Below, piece by piece: positions 44,978 to 54,834 of a stretch of 64,000 nt of DNA. The translations under genes and the position numbers were made by a program. Each line of letters starts with the position of its first letter. Positions within the stretch are counted from its first letter, which is position 1. The notes below the pieces were generated by a model, which did not search any database, had not been told where the DNA came from, and saw only the letters and a list, made by a program, of their open reading frames with translations. The stretch is from Puia sp. (GTDB lineage: Bacteria; Bacteroidota; Bacteroidia; Chitinophagales; Chitinophagaceae), in the NCBI GenBank assembly GCA_031292515.1, contig JARLGZ010000278.1:17891-81890 (forward strand). Direction: 5' to 3'.

Positions 44978-47053
44978 ATGGTTTTGAACACTACCATCTC
45001 CGGGGGGAAGACGGAGAACAAATTTCGCGTGATGGCCAGGGTGATTCCGGCCGGTATCCTGTTGTTTTTATCGGTTTTGACGAAGACGGAGGCCCAAACC
45101 GGCACTCCCGTCTATCCGCTCGATCCGTTGAGCGCAGACGAGATAAAAAAAACTGTCCGGATCCTGAAGGACAGCCATACGACTACAGGCGGTGACATTT
45201 TCAATGTTATCAATCTGAAAGAGCCTCCCAAAAAAGAGGTATTGGCCTATAAGCCCGGTGATCCTTTCCGGCGTGAGGCATTCGCCAGTTTTTACGATTA
45301 TGCGCAGAGCGGGGTCCGGGAAGCCGTGGTCGATCTGAACAAAGGAACGGTCATTTCCATCCGTACGATCCCAAATGTGATCGGGATGGGGCTGGGAGCA
45401 GATTCGGCGGCGGCGGAGAATATCGTACGCAGAGATCCGGCCTGGATAGCTGCTTTAAAGCGTCGGGGCATCTCGATCGATTCAGTGATCCACAAAAGTA
45501 TTTTTCCTACCGATCTGGGCATCGCCCCGATAGGTCACCGGGAACAACTGGTCATCCCCATCAGAAAAGGCAATAAGATCACCATCGAAGGGCTCCTGGC
45601 TTATACCGATTTCACAACCGGCAAAATACTCAGGATCGTAGATGAGCCGAATCGCTTTAGCGGCATGGCCCCATTGAACTATTTCAATGAGGATTCGATA
45701 AAGGATACGAGACAAGGCCCCAACCCGATCCTGATCACGCAGCCGGAGGGTTCTTCGGTCGGGATCAATGGGCATGAGATCAACTGGCAGAACTGGCATC
45801 TTCGCTATGGTATCGATAACCGCGAAGGCCTGATCATTTATAACGTAAACTATATTGAAGATGGCAGGGAACGCCGGGTGATGTATAAGGGGTCTATGCC
45901 GGAGATGGTAGTGCCCTACGGAGCCCCCTCCCTGCAACAGGCGGCCTATAACTTCTTCGATGCGGGCGAATACAGGCTGGGACAGGGGGTGGCCAGATCT
46001 CTGAGCCCCGGAGCGGATGCGCCTGAGAATGCCGCCTATATGCCGGCTATCCTGCACCGGGAGAGCGGCGCGCCTTATCAATTGGACAGGGCCGTCGCGA
46101 TTTATGAAGAATACGGGGGCACGTTATGGAGGCACGGGACCGTTTCCCGCCGGGCTACCAATCTCGCCATCAAATATTATACGACCATCGAGAACTATGA
46201 TTATGGGTTTACCTGGCGGTTTAAACAGGACGGGACAATCGATGTGGACATCGAACTAACCGGTATCGTGGAAATACAGGGGGTTCACCGGACCAATGCG
46301 ATGAATGCGCCGGATAAGGACGATCTCTCTTACAATGGCATGTCCTTCGGAACCCTGATACATCCGCATGTAGAAGCCATCAACCACCAGCACTTCTTCG
46401 TCTTCAGGCTGGATATGGATATTGATGGAGACCAGCACAACAGCGTCATGGAAATGAACGCCAAATTGGTGCCTCCCGGTAAAGACAATCCTTATAGCAA
46501 TGCCTTTGTCATGGAACACAACCTGTTCAAAACGGAGAAAGAGGCGCAAAGATCGGTCAACTACGAGACGGCCCGGAGCTGGCATTTTGTCAACAATGGA
46601 AAACACAACGCATTGGGCCAGCATGTGGGCTATATGCTGATGCCCGGGACGCAGGCGAAGCCTTTTATGCCGGAGGGTTCCGTCGTGAGGAAGAAAGCCG
46701 GCTTCCTCGATCACCAGTTATGGGTCACCCAATACCAGGAAGGGGAGGAGTACCCCGCCGGTATGTACCCTGCCAGCAATAAGGTCTATGACGGGCTGCC
46801 GCAATGGACCGCGGGGAACAGGGCTATCGATAACAACGATATCGTCGTATGGTATGTAGCGGGTATCACCCATATCGTACGACCCGAAGAGTGGCCGGTC
46901 ATGCCTTGTCATCATATGGGTTTCACGCTGATGCCCTTCGGGTTCTTCTCCGAAAATCCGACCATGGGCCTGCCCAACCCGGGGTTTTTGAAGGATCAGT
47001 TCCCGCCCATCAAGACCAGCCAGCCGGGAGATCCGTCGATCGAACACAATTAA
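44978..47053 (+). CDS. Copper-containing primary amine oxidase (topaquinone enzyme), secreted
   Basis: TPQ precursor motif TTIENYDYGF (N-Y-D/E-Y). Copper ligands in HPHVEAINHQHFF plus a distal H in GITHIVRPEEWP. The length and N2/N3-like N-terminus fit. An alternative start at 45032 (MARVIPAGILLFL) gives a cleaner signal peptide. Confidence 0.9.
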   Translation: MVLNTTISGGKTENKFRVMARVIPAGILLFLSVLTKTEAQTGTPVYPLDPLSADEIKKTVRILKDSHTTTGGDIFNVINLKEPPKKEVLAYKPGDPFRREAFASFYDYAQSGVREAVVDLNKGTVISIRTIPNVIGMGLGADSAAAENIVRRDPAWIAALKRRGISIDSVIHKSIFPTDLGIAPIGHREQLVIPIRKGNKITIEGLLAYTDFTTGKILRIVDEPNRFSGMAPLNYFNEDSIKDTRQGPNPILITQPEGSSVGINGHEINWQNWHLRYGIDNREGLIIYNVNYIEDGRERRVMYKGSMPEMVVPYGAPSLQQAAYNFFDAGEYRLGQGVARSLSPGADAPENAAYMPAILHRESGAPYQLDRAVAIYEEYGGTLWRHGTVSRRATNLAIKYYTTIENYDYGFTWRFKQDGTIDVDIELTGIVEIQGVHRTNAMNAPDKDDLSYNGMSFGTLIHPHVEAINHQHFFVFRLDMDIDGDQHNSVMEMNAKLVPPGKDNPYSNAFVMEHNLFKTEKEAQRSVNYETARSWHFVNNGKHNALGQHVGYMLMPGTQAKPFMPEGSVVRKKAGFLDHQLWVTQYQEGEEYPAGMYPASNKVYDGLPQWTAGNRAIDNNDIVVWYVAGITHIVRPEEWPVMPCHHMGFTLMPFGFFSENPTMGLPNPGFLKDQFPPIKTSQPGDPSIEHN

Positions 47054-47254
47054 CGGGATTTTTCGGCTATCAGACAGTCCTGTTCCGCCGCCGGCGACGA
47101 TATTCCGCTCATTTGGTAAAAAAGGGCAGGCCGGCGGATGGCATTGCTGACAAAAGGAAATCGGCTTTTGCAAAAAAGTCGTACATTCAATCACTGAATA
47201 TTTTCGATATTACTTTTCTTTGTTATTTTCTTTATTATTTTTCACGATAAAACG

Positions 47255-47563
47255 ATGAATATGAAAAAGGTTCTCATGTTGCTTGTGCTGGTCTTTGCAT
47301 TTACCGCCGCTACTTATGCCGACAAAGGTACCTGGACCGGGTATATCAGCGATTCTCATTGCGGCGCCAAAGGGAATAACGATGGTCATTCCGATTGTGC
47401 CAAGAAATGTATCAAAGGAGGCGCGCTGCCCGTTTTTGTAGTGGGAGACAAAGTGTATACGATCAACGATCCCAAAAAAGTCTCAAAATATATCGGCAAA
47501 AAAGTGACTATCACCGGAACCATCACCGGCGACGCGCTCGATATCGAAACCGTCAGCAAATAG
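47255..47563 (+). CDS. Small secreted Cys/His-rich protein, unknown function
   Basis: Signal peptide MNMKKVLMLLVLVFAFTAATYA, then SDSHCGAKGNNDGHSDCAKKC (3 Cys, 2 His in 21 aa) and a beta-rich C-terminal half. Confidence 0.6.
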   Translation: MNMKKVLMLLVLVFAFTAATYADKGTWTGYISDSHCGAKGNNDGHSDCAKKCIKGGALPVFVVGDKVYTINDPKKVSKYIGKKVTITGTITGDALDIETVSK

Positions 47564-47594
47564 CCGACAGCAAAATATAGCCGACAGCAAAATA
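47561..47594 (+). repeat. 17-nt perfect tandem duplication that includes the stop codon
   Basis: TAGCCGACAGCAAAATA x2. The first TAG is the stop of 47255..47563, and the preceding CGTCAGCAAA is a degenerate third copy. Confidence 0.9.
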
Positions 47595-47649
47595 ATTAAT
47601 CAATGGAACAACTGAATCAGGGTCTTCCCCAGAGAGACTTTGCATTCAG

Positions 47650-48834
47650 CTAGTTGCCCAACTGTTTTATGGCCAGCCAGGCCATGAGCCCTGTGCTTTG
47701 CGCCAGGGCTTTTTCGTCTATATCATAGGTAGGGGTATGCAGGGAGGAAGTAATCCCGCGTTCTTTATTCCCGGTTCCCAGGAGATAGAAGCAGGCGTCG
47801 ATCTGCTGGGAATAATAAGCAAAGTCTTCGGCAGCCATCCATATATCGAGGTTTACGACGTTCTCTTTACCGAGGTATTCCTCGGCCAATACCCCGAGGT
47901 TTTTTGTAAGGGCAGGTTCGTTGACCAGGAAGGGGTAGCCCCGAAGGATATCGAGTTCGCAGCGCCCTCCCATACTTTCGGCGATCCCTTCGGCAATCTT
48001 TTTCATTCGTGCATGCGCTTCTGTTCGCCATGCTTCGTCCAGGGTTCGGAAGGTTCCTTCCATAAAGACTTTATCCGGGATCACATTGGTCGCTCCGTTT
48101 GCGATGACTTTGCCGAATGAGAGGACGGTCGGAACCGTCGGCTGGGCCGCCCTGCTGACGATCTGCTGGAGGGCCACCAGGATATAGGCGCTGATCAGCA
48201 CCGGGTCGATGTTTTCCGCCGGTTGTGCGCCGTGTCCGCCCTTCCCGTGAACGGTCATCCTCAATTCGTCCACGGAGGCCATATGCTTCCCGGCGCGGAT
48301 CCCGATCTTTCCGGCTTCGATGGCCGGCATGGTATGCTGGGCGATGATATGGGCGGGCCGGGGGTTGTCCAGGACACCTTCCCTGATCATCAGGCTGGCT
48401 CCTCCCGGCAGCCGTTCCTCTCCGGGTTGAAAGATGAGTTTTATCGTGCCGCCGAACCGGCTTTTGAGCGATTGAAGGATACCGGCGGTGCCCAGCAAAG
48501 AGGCAGTATGGGCATCGTGTCCGCAGGCATGCATTACACCGCTGTTCCGGGAGACATAGTCGACCTTGTTTTCTTCGGTGATCGGCAATGCGTCCATGTC
48601 CGCGCGGAGCGCGATGACGTCCCCGGATGTTTTTTCTCCTTTTATGATTCCGACAACGCCTGTATCGGCCATAGGCTTCCAGGGGATACCGATCTCGTCC
48701 AGACGGCTTTTGACATATTCCGAGGTCTTGTATTCGCGGAACGACAATTCGGGATGGGCGTGCAGGTGTCTCCGGTCCCTGACGACCGCGGCAAACCATT
48801 CATCCGATAATCTCCTGATCTCTTCTTTTAGCAT
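47650..48834 (-). CDS. M20D-family amidohydrolase (N-acyl-L-amino acid amidohydrolase/hippurate hydrolase-like)
   Basis: MHACGHDAHT motif, the LRADMDALP and FQPGEE blocks, and an overall ~390-aa M20D layout. Start chosen at MLKEEIRRL; the ORF-track extension to 48993 reads through a DNA repeat array. Confidence 0.9.
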   Translation of the reverse strand: MLKEEIRRLSDEWFAAVVRDRRHLHAHPELSFREYKTSEYVKSRLDEIGIPWKPMADTGVVGIIKGEKTSGDVIALRADMDALPITEENKVDYVSRNSGVMHACGHDAHTASLLGTAGILQSLKSRFGGTIKLIFQPGEERLPGGASLMIREGVLDNPRPAHIIAQHTMPAIEAGKIGIRAGKHMASVDELRMTVHGKGGHGAQPAENIDPVLISAYILVALQQIVSRAAQPTVPTVLSFGKVIANGATNVIPDKVFMEGTFRTLDEAWRTEAHARMKKIAEGIAESMGGRCELDILRGYPFLVNEPALTKNLGVLAEEYLGKENVVNLDIWMAAEDFAYYSQQIDACFYLLGTGNKERGITSSLHTPTYDIDEKALAQSTGLMAWLAIKQLGN

Positions 48835-48841
48835 AATTCGT

Positions 48842-48974
48842 GTGGTTGTAATGTAATGGTTCTGTATCGTGGTAATGTAATCGTTCTGTAGGGTTGTAAT
48901 CCAACTGTTCGGTACGTTGTAATATAGTTTGGCATCGTTGCAATGTAATACGGGTACTGCAATACGGGTACTGC
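48842..48974. repeat. Degenerate tandem array (5-6 units of ~21-27 nt) built on a GTTGTAAT/ATTACAAC core, ending in a perfect 14-nt tandem
   Basis: The units are GTGGTTGTAATGTAATGGTTCTGTATC, GTGGTAATGTAATCGTTCTGTAG, GGTTGTAATCCAACTGTTCGGTAC, GTTGTAATATAGTTTGGCATC and GTTGCAATGTAATACGGGTACTGC, then AATACGGGTACTGC repeated exactly (48947-48960 and 48961-48974). Confidence 0.8.
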
Positions 48975-49204
48975 AACAGGGAAATATTACCAAAGGAAAA
49001 CCACGCCGTCAGCATTCCGAAAGATAGGAGTGTTTTTTCATTTTTTCTAAAACGGACAGCGGTCGTTCCATAAGCGGACACTTTATAATAATTCATAAAT
49101 ATACCTGGCTGATTTGCAGATCGATGCAGATTTGGCATCTCTTTAGCACAAGTTCTGTAATCATCAATAAATACGCTTGGGACTGATATCAAAAAAAAGC
49201 CGCT

Positions 49205-51592
49205 ATGTTTAAAAGTTACATAAAAATTGCCTGGCGAAATCTCCTGAAAGACCGCCAGTTCACCCTGCTCAATCTGATCGGTCTCTCAACCGGTCTGGCC
49301 TGCGCCCTGCTGATTTTTCTCTGGGTAGGTGATGAGCGGAGTGTAGACAAGTTTCACGGGAAGGACTCCCGGCTCTACCAGGTGATGGTAAACAGTGAAA
49401 ATGCCGGTCTGATCGGAACGACAACCCATACAACCGGTCTCCTGGCGCAAACCCTGGCAAAGGAGATGCCTGAAGTGGAATACGCCTCCGCTACTTCCGA
49501 AACGATCGGGTTGAACAAGACCACCTTGTCGACGGGGGACACCGTTACAAAAGCCGTCGGGCAATACGCGGACAAGGATTATTTCAGGATGTTCTCCTGG
49601 CATCTTCTCCAGGGAAAGGAAGACCAGGTGCTGGCCGATAAGAACTCGATCGTATTGTCAAAGGATCTGGCTCTGAAGCTATTCCATACCACCGATCATG
49701 TCCTGGGCAAAAACGTGATCTATCAGCATGAGAAGCCTTATATGGTTTCCGGGATATTCGAAGACGTGCCGGCCAATTCCTCGGTCCGGTTCGACTATAT
49801 TATACCTTATGAGCAATTCCTCGACGAACGACCCTTTGAAAAGGAATGGACGAATAGCGACCCATCGACTTTTTTGGTCTTAAAAGCAGGCGCCGATCCG
49901 GTACTTTTCGGTAAAAAGATTGCCGGATTTATGAAGGGAAAGGTTCCGAATTCCTCCAATACCCTTTTCCTCCGGCGGTTTTCATCGGGCTACCTGTATG
50001 GCAAATATGAAAATGGTGTGCAGGCGGGCGGACGCATCGAATATGTCAGGCTTTTTTCGATCATAGCGGTCTTTATACTGGTTATCGCCTGTATTAATTT
50101 CATGAACCTCGCTACGGCGAAGGCCTCCGGAAGACTGAAAGAAGTGGGGATCAAAAAGGTGGTCGGAGCGGGACGAGGGACGCTGATCCTGCAGTATCTG
50201 GGAGAATCGATGCTGATGGTATTCCTGGCGCTGGTTGCGGCCCTGGGCCTCGTAGTCTTTTTGCTGGACCCCTTCAATGCCCTTACCGGCAAGCAACTGG
50301 CTCTTCATTTGGACCTGCGGCTGGTGCTGTCCCTGCTTGCAGTCGGCCTGTTCACGGCGTTTGTTGCGGGCAGCTACCCGGCGATTTATCTCTCGGGCTT
50401 CAGGCCGGTGGCCATTTTAAAAGGAAAAATAAAAAGTGCCGCAGGGGAACTATGGATTCGGAAGGGATTGGTCGTGTTTCAGTTTGCCCTGTCGGTCATA
50501 TTTATCGTCTCAGTCATGGTTGTATACCGGCAAATAGCCTTTATACAAAATACGAACCTGGGTTTCAACAAGGATCACGTCCTCAGTTTCGATATGGACG
50601 GCAAGTTCTCCAGCCCGGAGGAGATCAGGGCCTTTGTTTCAGGTATGCAGAACCTGCTGACGGAGGTGAAGAATACGCCCGGCGTTGTCGATGCCTCCAG
50701 CATGGATCACGAGAGCATTCTCAACGACTATGGTACCCTCAACATAGACTGGGAAGGCAGGGATCCGAAAGACAATCCCGCCTTTGGTAATATCGGCTTC
50801 AACTACGGGATGATCGAGACCCTGGGCATGCATATAATTGCGGGTCGCAGCTTCTCCCGGAAACTCAGCTCCGACAGTGCGGAAGTCATCTTTAACCAGG
50901 CCGGCATCGACCGGATGGGACTTAAGAATCCTTTGGGGAAAACGGTGAATGTCTTTGGTGTAAACAGAAAGATCGTAGGGATCGTAGAAGACTTCCACGT
51001 TGAGTCTCTTCATGAAAGCGTGATGCCTTTTCTGCTGAGGCTGGAGCCTGCCTATACGAACACTATCCTGGCAAGGATCCAGACAGGACAGGAGAGCCGC
51101 GTCATCGAGCGAATCCGAACCTTGTTCCAGCAATATGCCCCCGGTTATGTGTTCGATTATAAATTCCTGGACCAGGACTACCAGGTTCAATATGCCGCTG
51201 AAAGAAGGGTATCCATCCTGTCGGGATGGTTTGCAGGGCTGGCCGTACTGATATCCTGTCTGGGGCTCTTCGGTCTGGCTGCCTTTACCGCACAGAAAAG
51301 ACAAAAAGAGATCGGCATCCGGAAAGTGATCGGCGCTACGGCCGGCAATGTCCTGGTGCTGCTTTCTACGGATTTTCTGAAACTGACGGGGATCGCATTA
51401 CTGGTAGCTTTCCCCCTGGCGTGGTGGGCGACGAGCCAATGGCTGAAAGGCTTTGCCTACCGGATCGATATCGGGCCGGATGTCTTCCTGCTTGCGGGGA
51501 TAACGACCTTGCTGATCACCGTTCTTACGATCAGTTTTCAGGCGATAAAAGCGGCCGTTGCCAACCCTGTGGATGCCCTGCGGAGCGAATGA
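49205..51592 (+). CDS. ABC transporter permease, MacB/FtsX-like with duplicated FtsX domains
   Basis: The N-terminal MFKSYIKIAWRNLLKDRQFTLLNLIGLSTGLA is the stereotyped start of Bacteroidota FtsX-family permeases. Two 4-TM FtsX modules flank large periplasmic domains. Confidence 0.9.
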   Translation: MFKSYIKIAWRNLLKDRQFTLLNLIGLSTGLACALLIFLWVGDERSVDKFHGKDSRLYQVMVNSENAGLIGTTTHTTGLLAQTLAKEMPEVEYASATSETIGLNKTTLSTGDTVTKAVGQYADKDYFRMFSWHLLQGKEDQVLADKNSIVLSKDLALKLFHTTDHVLGKNVIYQHEKPYMVSGIFEDVPANSSVRFDYIIPYEQFLDERPFEKEWTNSDPSTFLVLKAGADPVLFGKKIAGFMKGKVPNSSNTLFLRRFSSGYLYGKYENGVQAGGRIEYVRLFSIIAVFILVIACINFMNLATAKASGRLKEVGIKKVVGAGRGTLILQYLGESMLMVFLALVAALGLVVFLLDPFNALTGKQLALHLDLRLVLSLLAVGLFTAFVAGSYPAIYLSGFRPVAILKGKIKSAAGELWIRKGLVVFQFALSVIFIVSVMVVYRQIAFIQNTNLGFNKDHVLSFDMDGKFSSPEEIRAFVSGMQNLLTEVKNTPGVVDASSMDHESILNDYGTLNIDWEGRDPKDNPAFGNIGFNYGMIETLGMHIIAGRSFSRKLSSDSAEVIFNQAGIDRMGLKNPLGKTVNVFGVNRKIVGIVEDFHVESLHESVMPFLLRLEPAYTNTILARIQTGQESRVIERIRTLFQQYAPGYVFDYKFLDQDYQVQYAAERRVSILSGWFAGLAVLISCLGLFGLAAFTAQKRQKEIGIRKVIGATAGNVLVLLSTDFLKLTGIALLVAFPLAWWATSQWLKGFAYRIDIGPDVFLLAGITTLLITVLTISFQAIKAAVANPVDALRSE

Positions 51593-51599
51593 AAACCCG

Positions 51600-53225
51600 C
51601 TAGCCGATTTCTGGCTGAAGGGTGCCGAAGAGATCTTTCCGTTTCTCGGACCCGTCTTTTGCTATCTCTGAAAAGCTGTTGAGAAAGGAGATCGTCAATT
51701 TGGCCCCTTCGAATAGGCAGGTGATCTTGTCTCCGTGAATTGCCTCCACAAACCTGGCATCGAGTTGCAGGGTATTCCCGTCGATCCAGGTAGCGGTACC
51801 CGCCAGTTTGGAAGGAGCTTGCAGGAGATCCCCCTCAGGGAAGGGATACATCGAGCTGTCTTTATTCAGTACCCATTCAGCCCAGCCGAACCGGATGGTC
51901 GTGCTTCCCTTCTCTCCGGTCTTCGTGGTCCATTCGCAGCTGTCTGCCGAAAATTTAAATTGCGTTTGTGTGGCGTTCAGATCGTTTTTGTCGAGATTGA
52001 ATTTTTTGCCATGATATTTTGAAGAGAGATAGGAGTCTGCAGAGACTTTTTTGACCGGGATGGCCAGTTCTTTCAGCTCTTTTTTCAAGGTATCCAACGA
52101 AGCCGGATTTTCCGGCAGGGCGCCCGTCCGGATGGCCGGCAGCAGGTATTCCCAGATGATGTCCAGGGATTTTTGCATATTCCCGCTCTGTTCGGTGACA
52201 GCCAGCACGGCATCCTGGTCGGGCATAACGATACAATATTGTCCAAAGGCGCCGTCACCACGGTAACAGCCGGGTTTGCAACGCCAGAACTGGTACCCGT
52301 ATCCCTGAGACCAATCGGCGTTTCCTTCCTGTGACTTTGTCTGGTAGCTGGTTGCATCCTTGACCCAGCTTTCGGATAGCAATTCCCGGCCCTGCCAGCG
52401 GCCTTTTTGTAGGTATAGCTGTCCGAACCGGGCGATATCTTCCGTTTTTACGCGTAGACCGAAGCCGGCTGTATTCAACCCCTGCGGCGAGGTCTCCCAG
52501 TCATAGCCCCGGATATCCAGCGGCTGGAACAGCCTGGGGGTGAGATATTTTTCGAGAGTCTCGCCGGTGATTTTATAGACGATTGCTCCCAGCATATAGG
52601 TGGCGCCGGTATTATACAGGAAATGCGACCCGGGTTCAAATTTCACCGGTTGTTCCAGGAAGGTTTGCGTCCAGGTTTTGCCGGGAGCGGCCCGCATCTT
52701 CGGGAGTGTATCCGCCTCATGCCCGGTATTCATCGTCAGCAGGTGCTTTATCTTCATTTGCTTCAGGTATTCCTGCGGTGCGGCGGGAGTCTCTTCCGGA
52801 AAAAATGAGAGTACAGGCGCCTCTATTTGCAGTTTGCCTTCCTTTACCAGGCACCCGATGGCCGTGCTGGTAAAACTTTTTGACAGGGAATACAGGGAAT
52901 GTTTAAAAGAAGGCTCAAAAGGCCTCCACCAGCCTTCTGCGACGACGTTGCCGTGTCTCAGCAGCATAAAGCTGTGCCAGCAGATGCCTGACGCGTTCGC
53001 CGCCGTGAGAAAATCGCTGATGCCTTTCGAGGCGATGCCTTGTGATTCAGGGCTTGCACGGGACAACCCGGAAGAGAATGCATGGTCCAAAAGACCTTGT
53101 GGCAGGCCAGCCGCATGGCCCATTCTATCGAAGAACTGCCCGGCATGACCCAGAAGGGGCGAAAATCCGAGACCAAGAGCGCCCGCTCCCCCCGTCCTGA
53201 GGAAATTTCTCCGGCTTGTATTCAC
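51600..53225 (-). CDS. Tat-signal serine hydrolase (beta-lactamase/class C-related family)
   Basis: Leader SRRNFLRTGGAGALGLG, the SxxK motif in YSLSKSFTS, and a downstream YNTGATY-type block. Confidence 0.85.
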   Translation of the reverse strand: MNTSRRNFLRTGGAGALGLGFSPLLGHAGQFFDRMGHAAGLPQGLLDHAFSSGLSRASPESQGIASKGISDFLTAANASGICWHSFMLLRHGNVVAEGWWRPFEPSFKHSLYSLSKSFTSTAIGCLVKEGKLQIEAPVLSFFPEETPAAPQEYLKQMKIKHLLTMNTGHEADTLPKMRAAPGKTWTQTFLEQPVKFEPGSHFLYNTGATYMLGAIVYKITGETLEKYLTPRLFQPLDIRGYDWETSPQGLNTAGFGLRVKTEDIARFGQLYLQKGRWQGRELLSESWVKDATSYQTKSQEGNADWSQGYGYQFWRCKPGCYRGDGAFGQYCIVMPDQDAVLAVTEQSGNMQKSLDIIWEYLLPAIRTGALPENPASLDTLKKELKELAIPVKKVSADSYLSSKYHGKKFNLDKNDLNATQTQFKFSADSCEWTTKTGEKGSTTIRFGWAEWVLNKDSSMYPFPEGDLLQAPSKLAGTATWIDGNTLQLDARFVEAIHGDKITCLFEGAKLTISFLNSFSEIAKDGSEKRKDLFGTLQPEIG

Positions 53226-53348
53226 TGCAATCAGTTAAGAGGTTATGCAATACGGTCAACGCATGCGATGTATATAACCGGCCCGATGGCAGGTCGCATC
53301 ATATAATTTTATATAGATGTGATATCTGATTATATTGATGTCACATCA

Positions 53349-54800
53349 TCAGATCAGCAGCTCCCGAACGGGCTTCCCTTTGCCGTCGGGAGTAGTATAA
53401 AATGGTCTTTTCTCCACTTCATATTGTGTATCTTCGGGGATGCCGAGGGCATGATAAATGGTCTGATGCAGCTGGTCGATCCGGACAGGGTTCTCGATCG
53501 ACTTGCAAGGCCGTTCATCGGCCGTCCGGCCATAAACAAATCCCTTTTTGATGCCGCCGCCCCACATCAGGACGCTGCCTGCGTCCGTAAAATGGCGATG
53601 CATTCCATAAAACTTCAGATCGGTGATGATATCAGGCTGGGTCACCTGTTCCTTGACCTTCGCATCCGGCCGTCCCTCGACCATCATATCCCGGCTGAAT
53701 TCGCTCGCCAGTATTACCAAAGTTCTGTCCAGCCGTCCACTCTTATCGAGGTCTTTTATCAACTGCGCAACGGGGCCATCGATCATTTTTTTCATGTCGA
53801 TCATGCGGGTGTGACCGTTTTCGTGGGTATCGAACCCTTTAAAAGGTTCATATTCAGTTGTGACGCTGATAAAGCGCGCGCCTTGCTCGGTTAGCCGGCG
53901 CGCCATCAGGCAGCCCAATCCAAAACGCCCCGTGTTGTAGATGTCGTAGATCTCTTTGGGCTCCTGGCTTAGGTCGAAAGCTTTTGCTTCCGGCGAATTG
54001 AGCAGCATATAGGCCTGCTCCATCGAACGCTTCAGAGACTCCTTCTGATAGTCACTGCCAAATTCTGCTACCGGGCTTTTGGCGATGAGTTCATTATACA
54101 GCTGATTGCGCCGCTCGAAACGTTTGGCGTCCATGCCTACAGGCGGGCGAACGCTCTCAAGACCCTGGCTGGGATCCGGGATTAAAAACGGGCCAAACTC
54201 GTTGCCCAAAAAACCGGCGGTATGAAAAGCCTTCAGCTCTTCGCCTTCACCCAGTGTAAAACGCTGGCCGATGTCGATAAAGGCAGGGATCACGGGGTTT
54301 TTCGGGCCCAGCAGGTTGGCGATCCAGGCCCCGATATGAGGAGCCGCCACGGTTTGAGGGGGTTCATAGCAGGTATGCCAGTTATATTGATGACGGGAAT
54401 GAAGGATAAATCCCATATCGGCGGCTGTGTAGGACCGGATCAGGGTGCCTTTGTTCATCACGCTGCCGATGGACTGCAGCCCTTCGGAGAACTGTATGCC
54501 GTCGAGCGAAGTCGGTAAAGACTTGAACGTACTCAATACACGGTTGGCCTCCATTCCTTTTTCAAAAGGGGCGTAACGCTTGGGGTCGAAGGTTTCAGTA
54601 TGGGCCATTCCGCCCGCCATCCAGAGCAAAATGACCGAATCCGCCGTCGCGTTCTTCCCTGCTTTCGACCGTGTCTTGCACCCGTTGAGAAGGGTGGCGA
54701 CCGGGGCCCCCGCTGCCAGGGCGGCCAGTGTCGCGGCACTGGATGTCTTGAGAAAATCTCTTCTGTTCCAATTGGTCTTCATCTGAATGTGTTTATACAA
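53349..54800 (-). CDS. DUF1501 domain protein (sulfatase-fold), Tat signal
   Basis: Leader NRRDFLKTSSAATLAALAAG and the LLWMAGGMAHTETFDPK block characteristic of DUF1501. Confidence 0.85.
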   Translation of the reverse strand: MYKHIQMKTNWNRRDFLKTSSAATLAALAAGAPVATLLNGCKTRSKAGKNATADSVILLWMAGGMAHTETFDPKRYAPFEKGMEANRVLSTFKSLPTSLDGIQFSEGLQSIGSVMNKGTLIRSYTAADMGFILHSRHQYNWHTCYEPPQTVAAPHIGAWIANLLGPKNPVIPAFIDIGQRFTLGEGEELKAFHTAGFLGNEFGPFLIPDPSQGLESVRPPVGMDAKRFERRNQLYNELIAKSPVAEFGSDYQKESLKRSMEQAYMLLNSPEAKAFDLSQEPKEIYDIYNTGRFGLGCLMARRLTEQGARFISVTTEYEPFKGFDTHENGHTRMIDMKKMIDGPVAQLIKDLDKSGRLDRTLVILASEFSRDMMVEGRPDAKVKEQVTQPDIITDLKFYGMHRHFTDAGSVLMWGGGIKKGFVYGRTADERPCKSIENPVRIDQLHQTIYHALGIPEDTQYEVEKRPFYTTPDGKGKPVRELLI

Positions 54801-54834
54801 TATACGTTTTTTTTGCCAGCATCTCCGGTGTTCG

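Noticed and set aside
48842-48974. Possible CRISPR array.
   Set aside because: The repeat units are degenerate and directly adjacent, with no unique spacers of comparable length. No cas genes are present in the window.
48835-48993. 5' extension of the M20 amidohydrolase ORF encoding ITTLQNDYITTIQNHYITTT.
   Set aside because: The peptide periodicity simply mirrors the DNA tandem repeat. M20D homologues begin near MLKEEIRRL, so the extension is treated as non-coding repeat.
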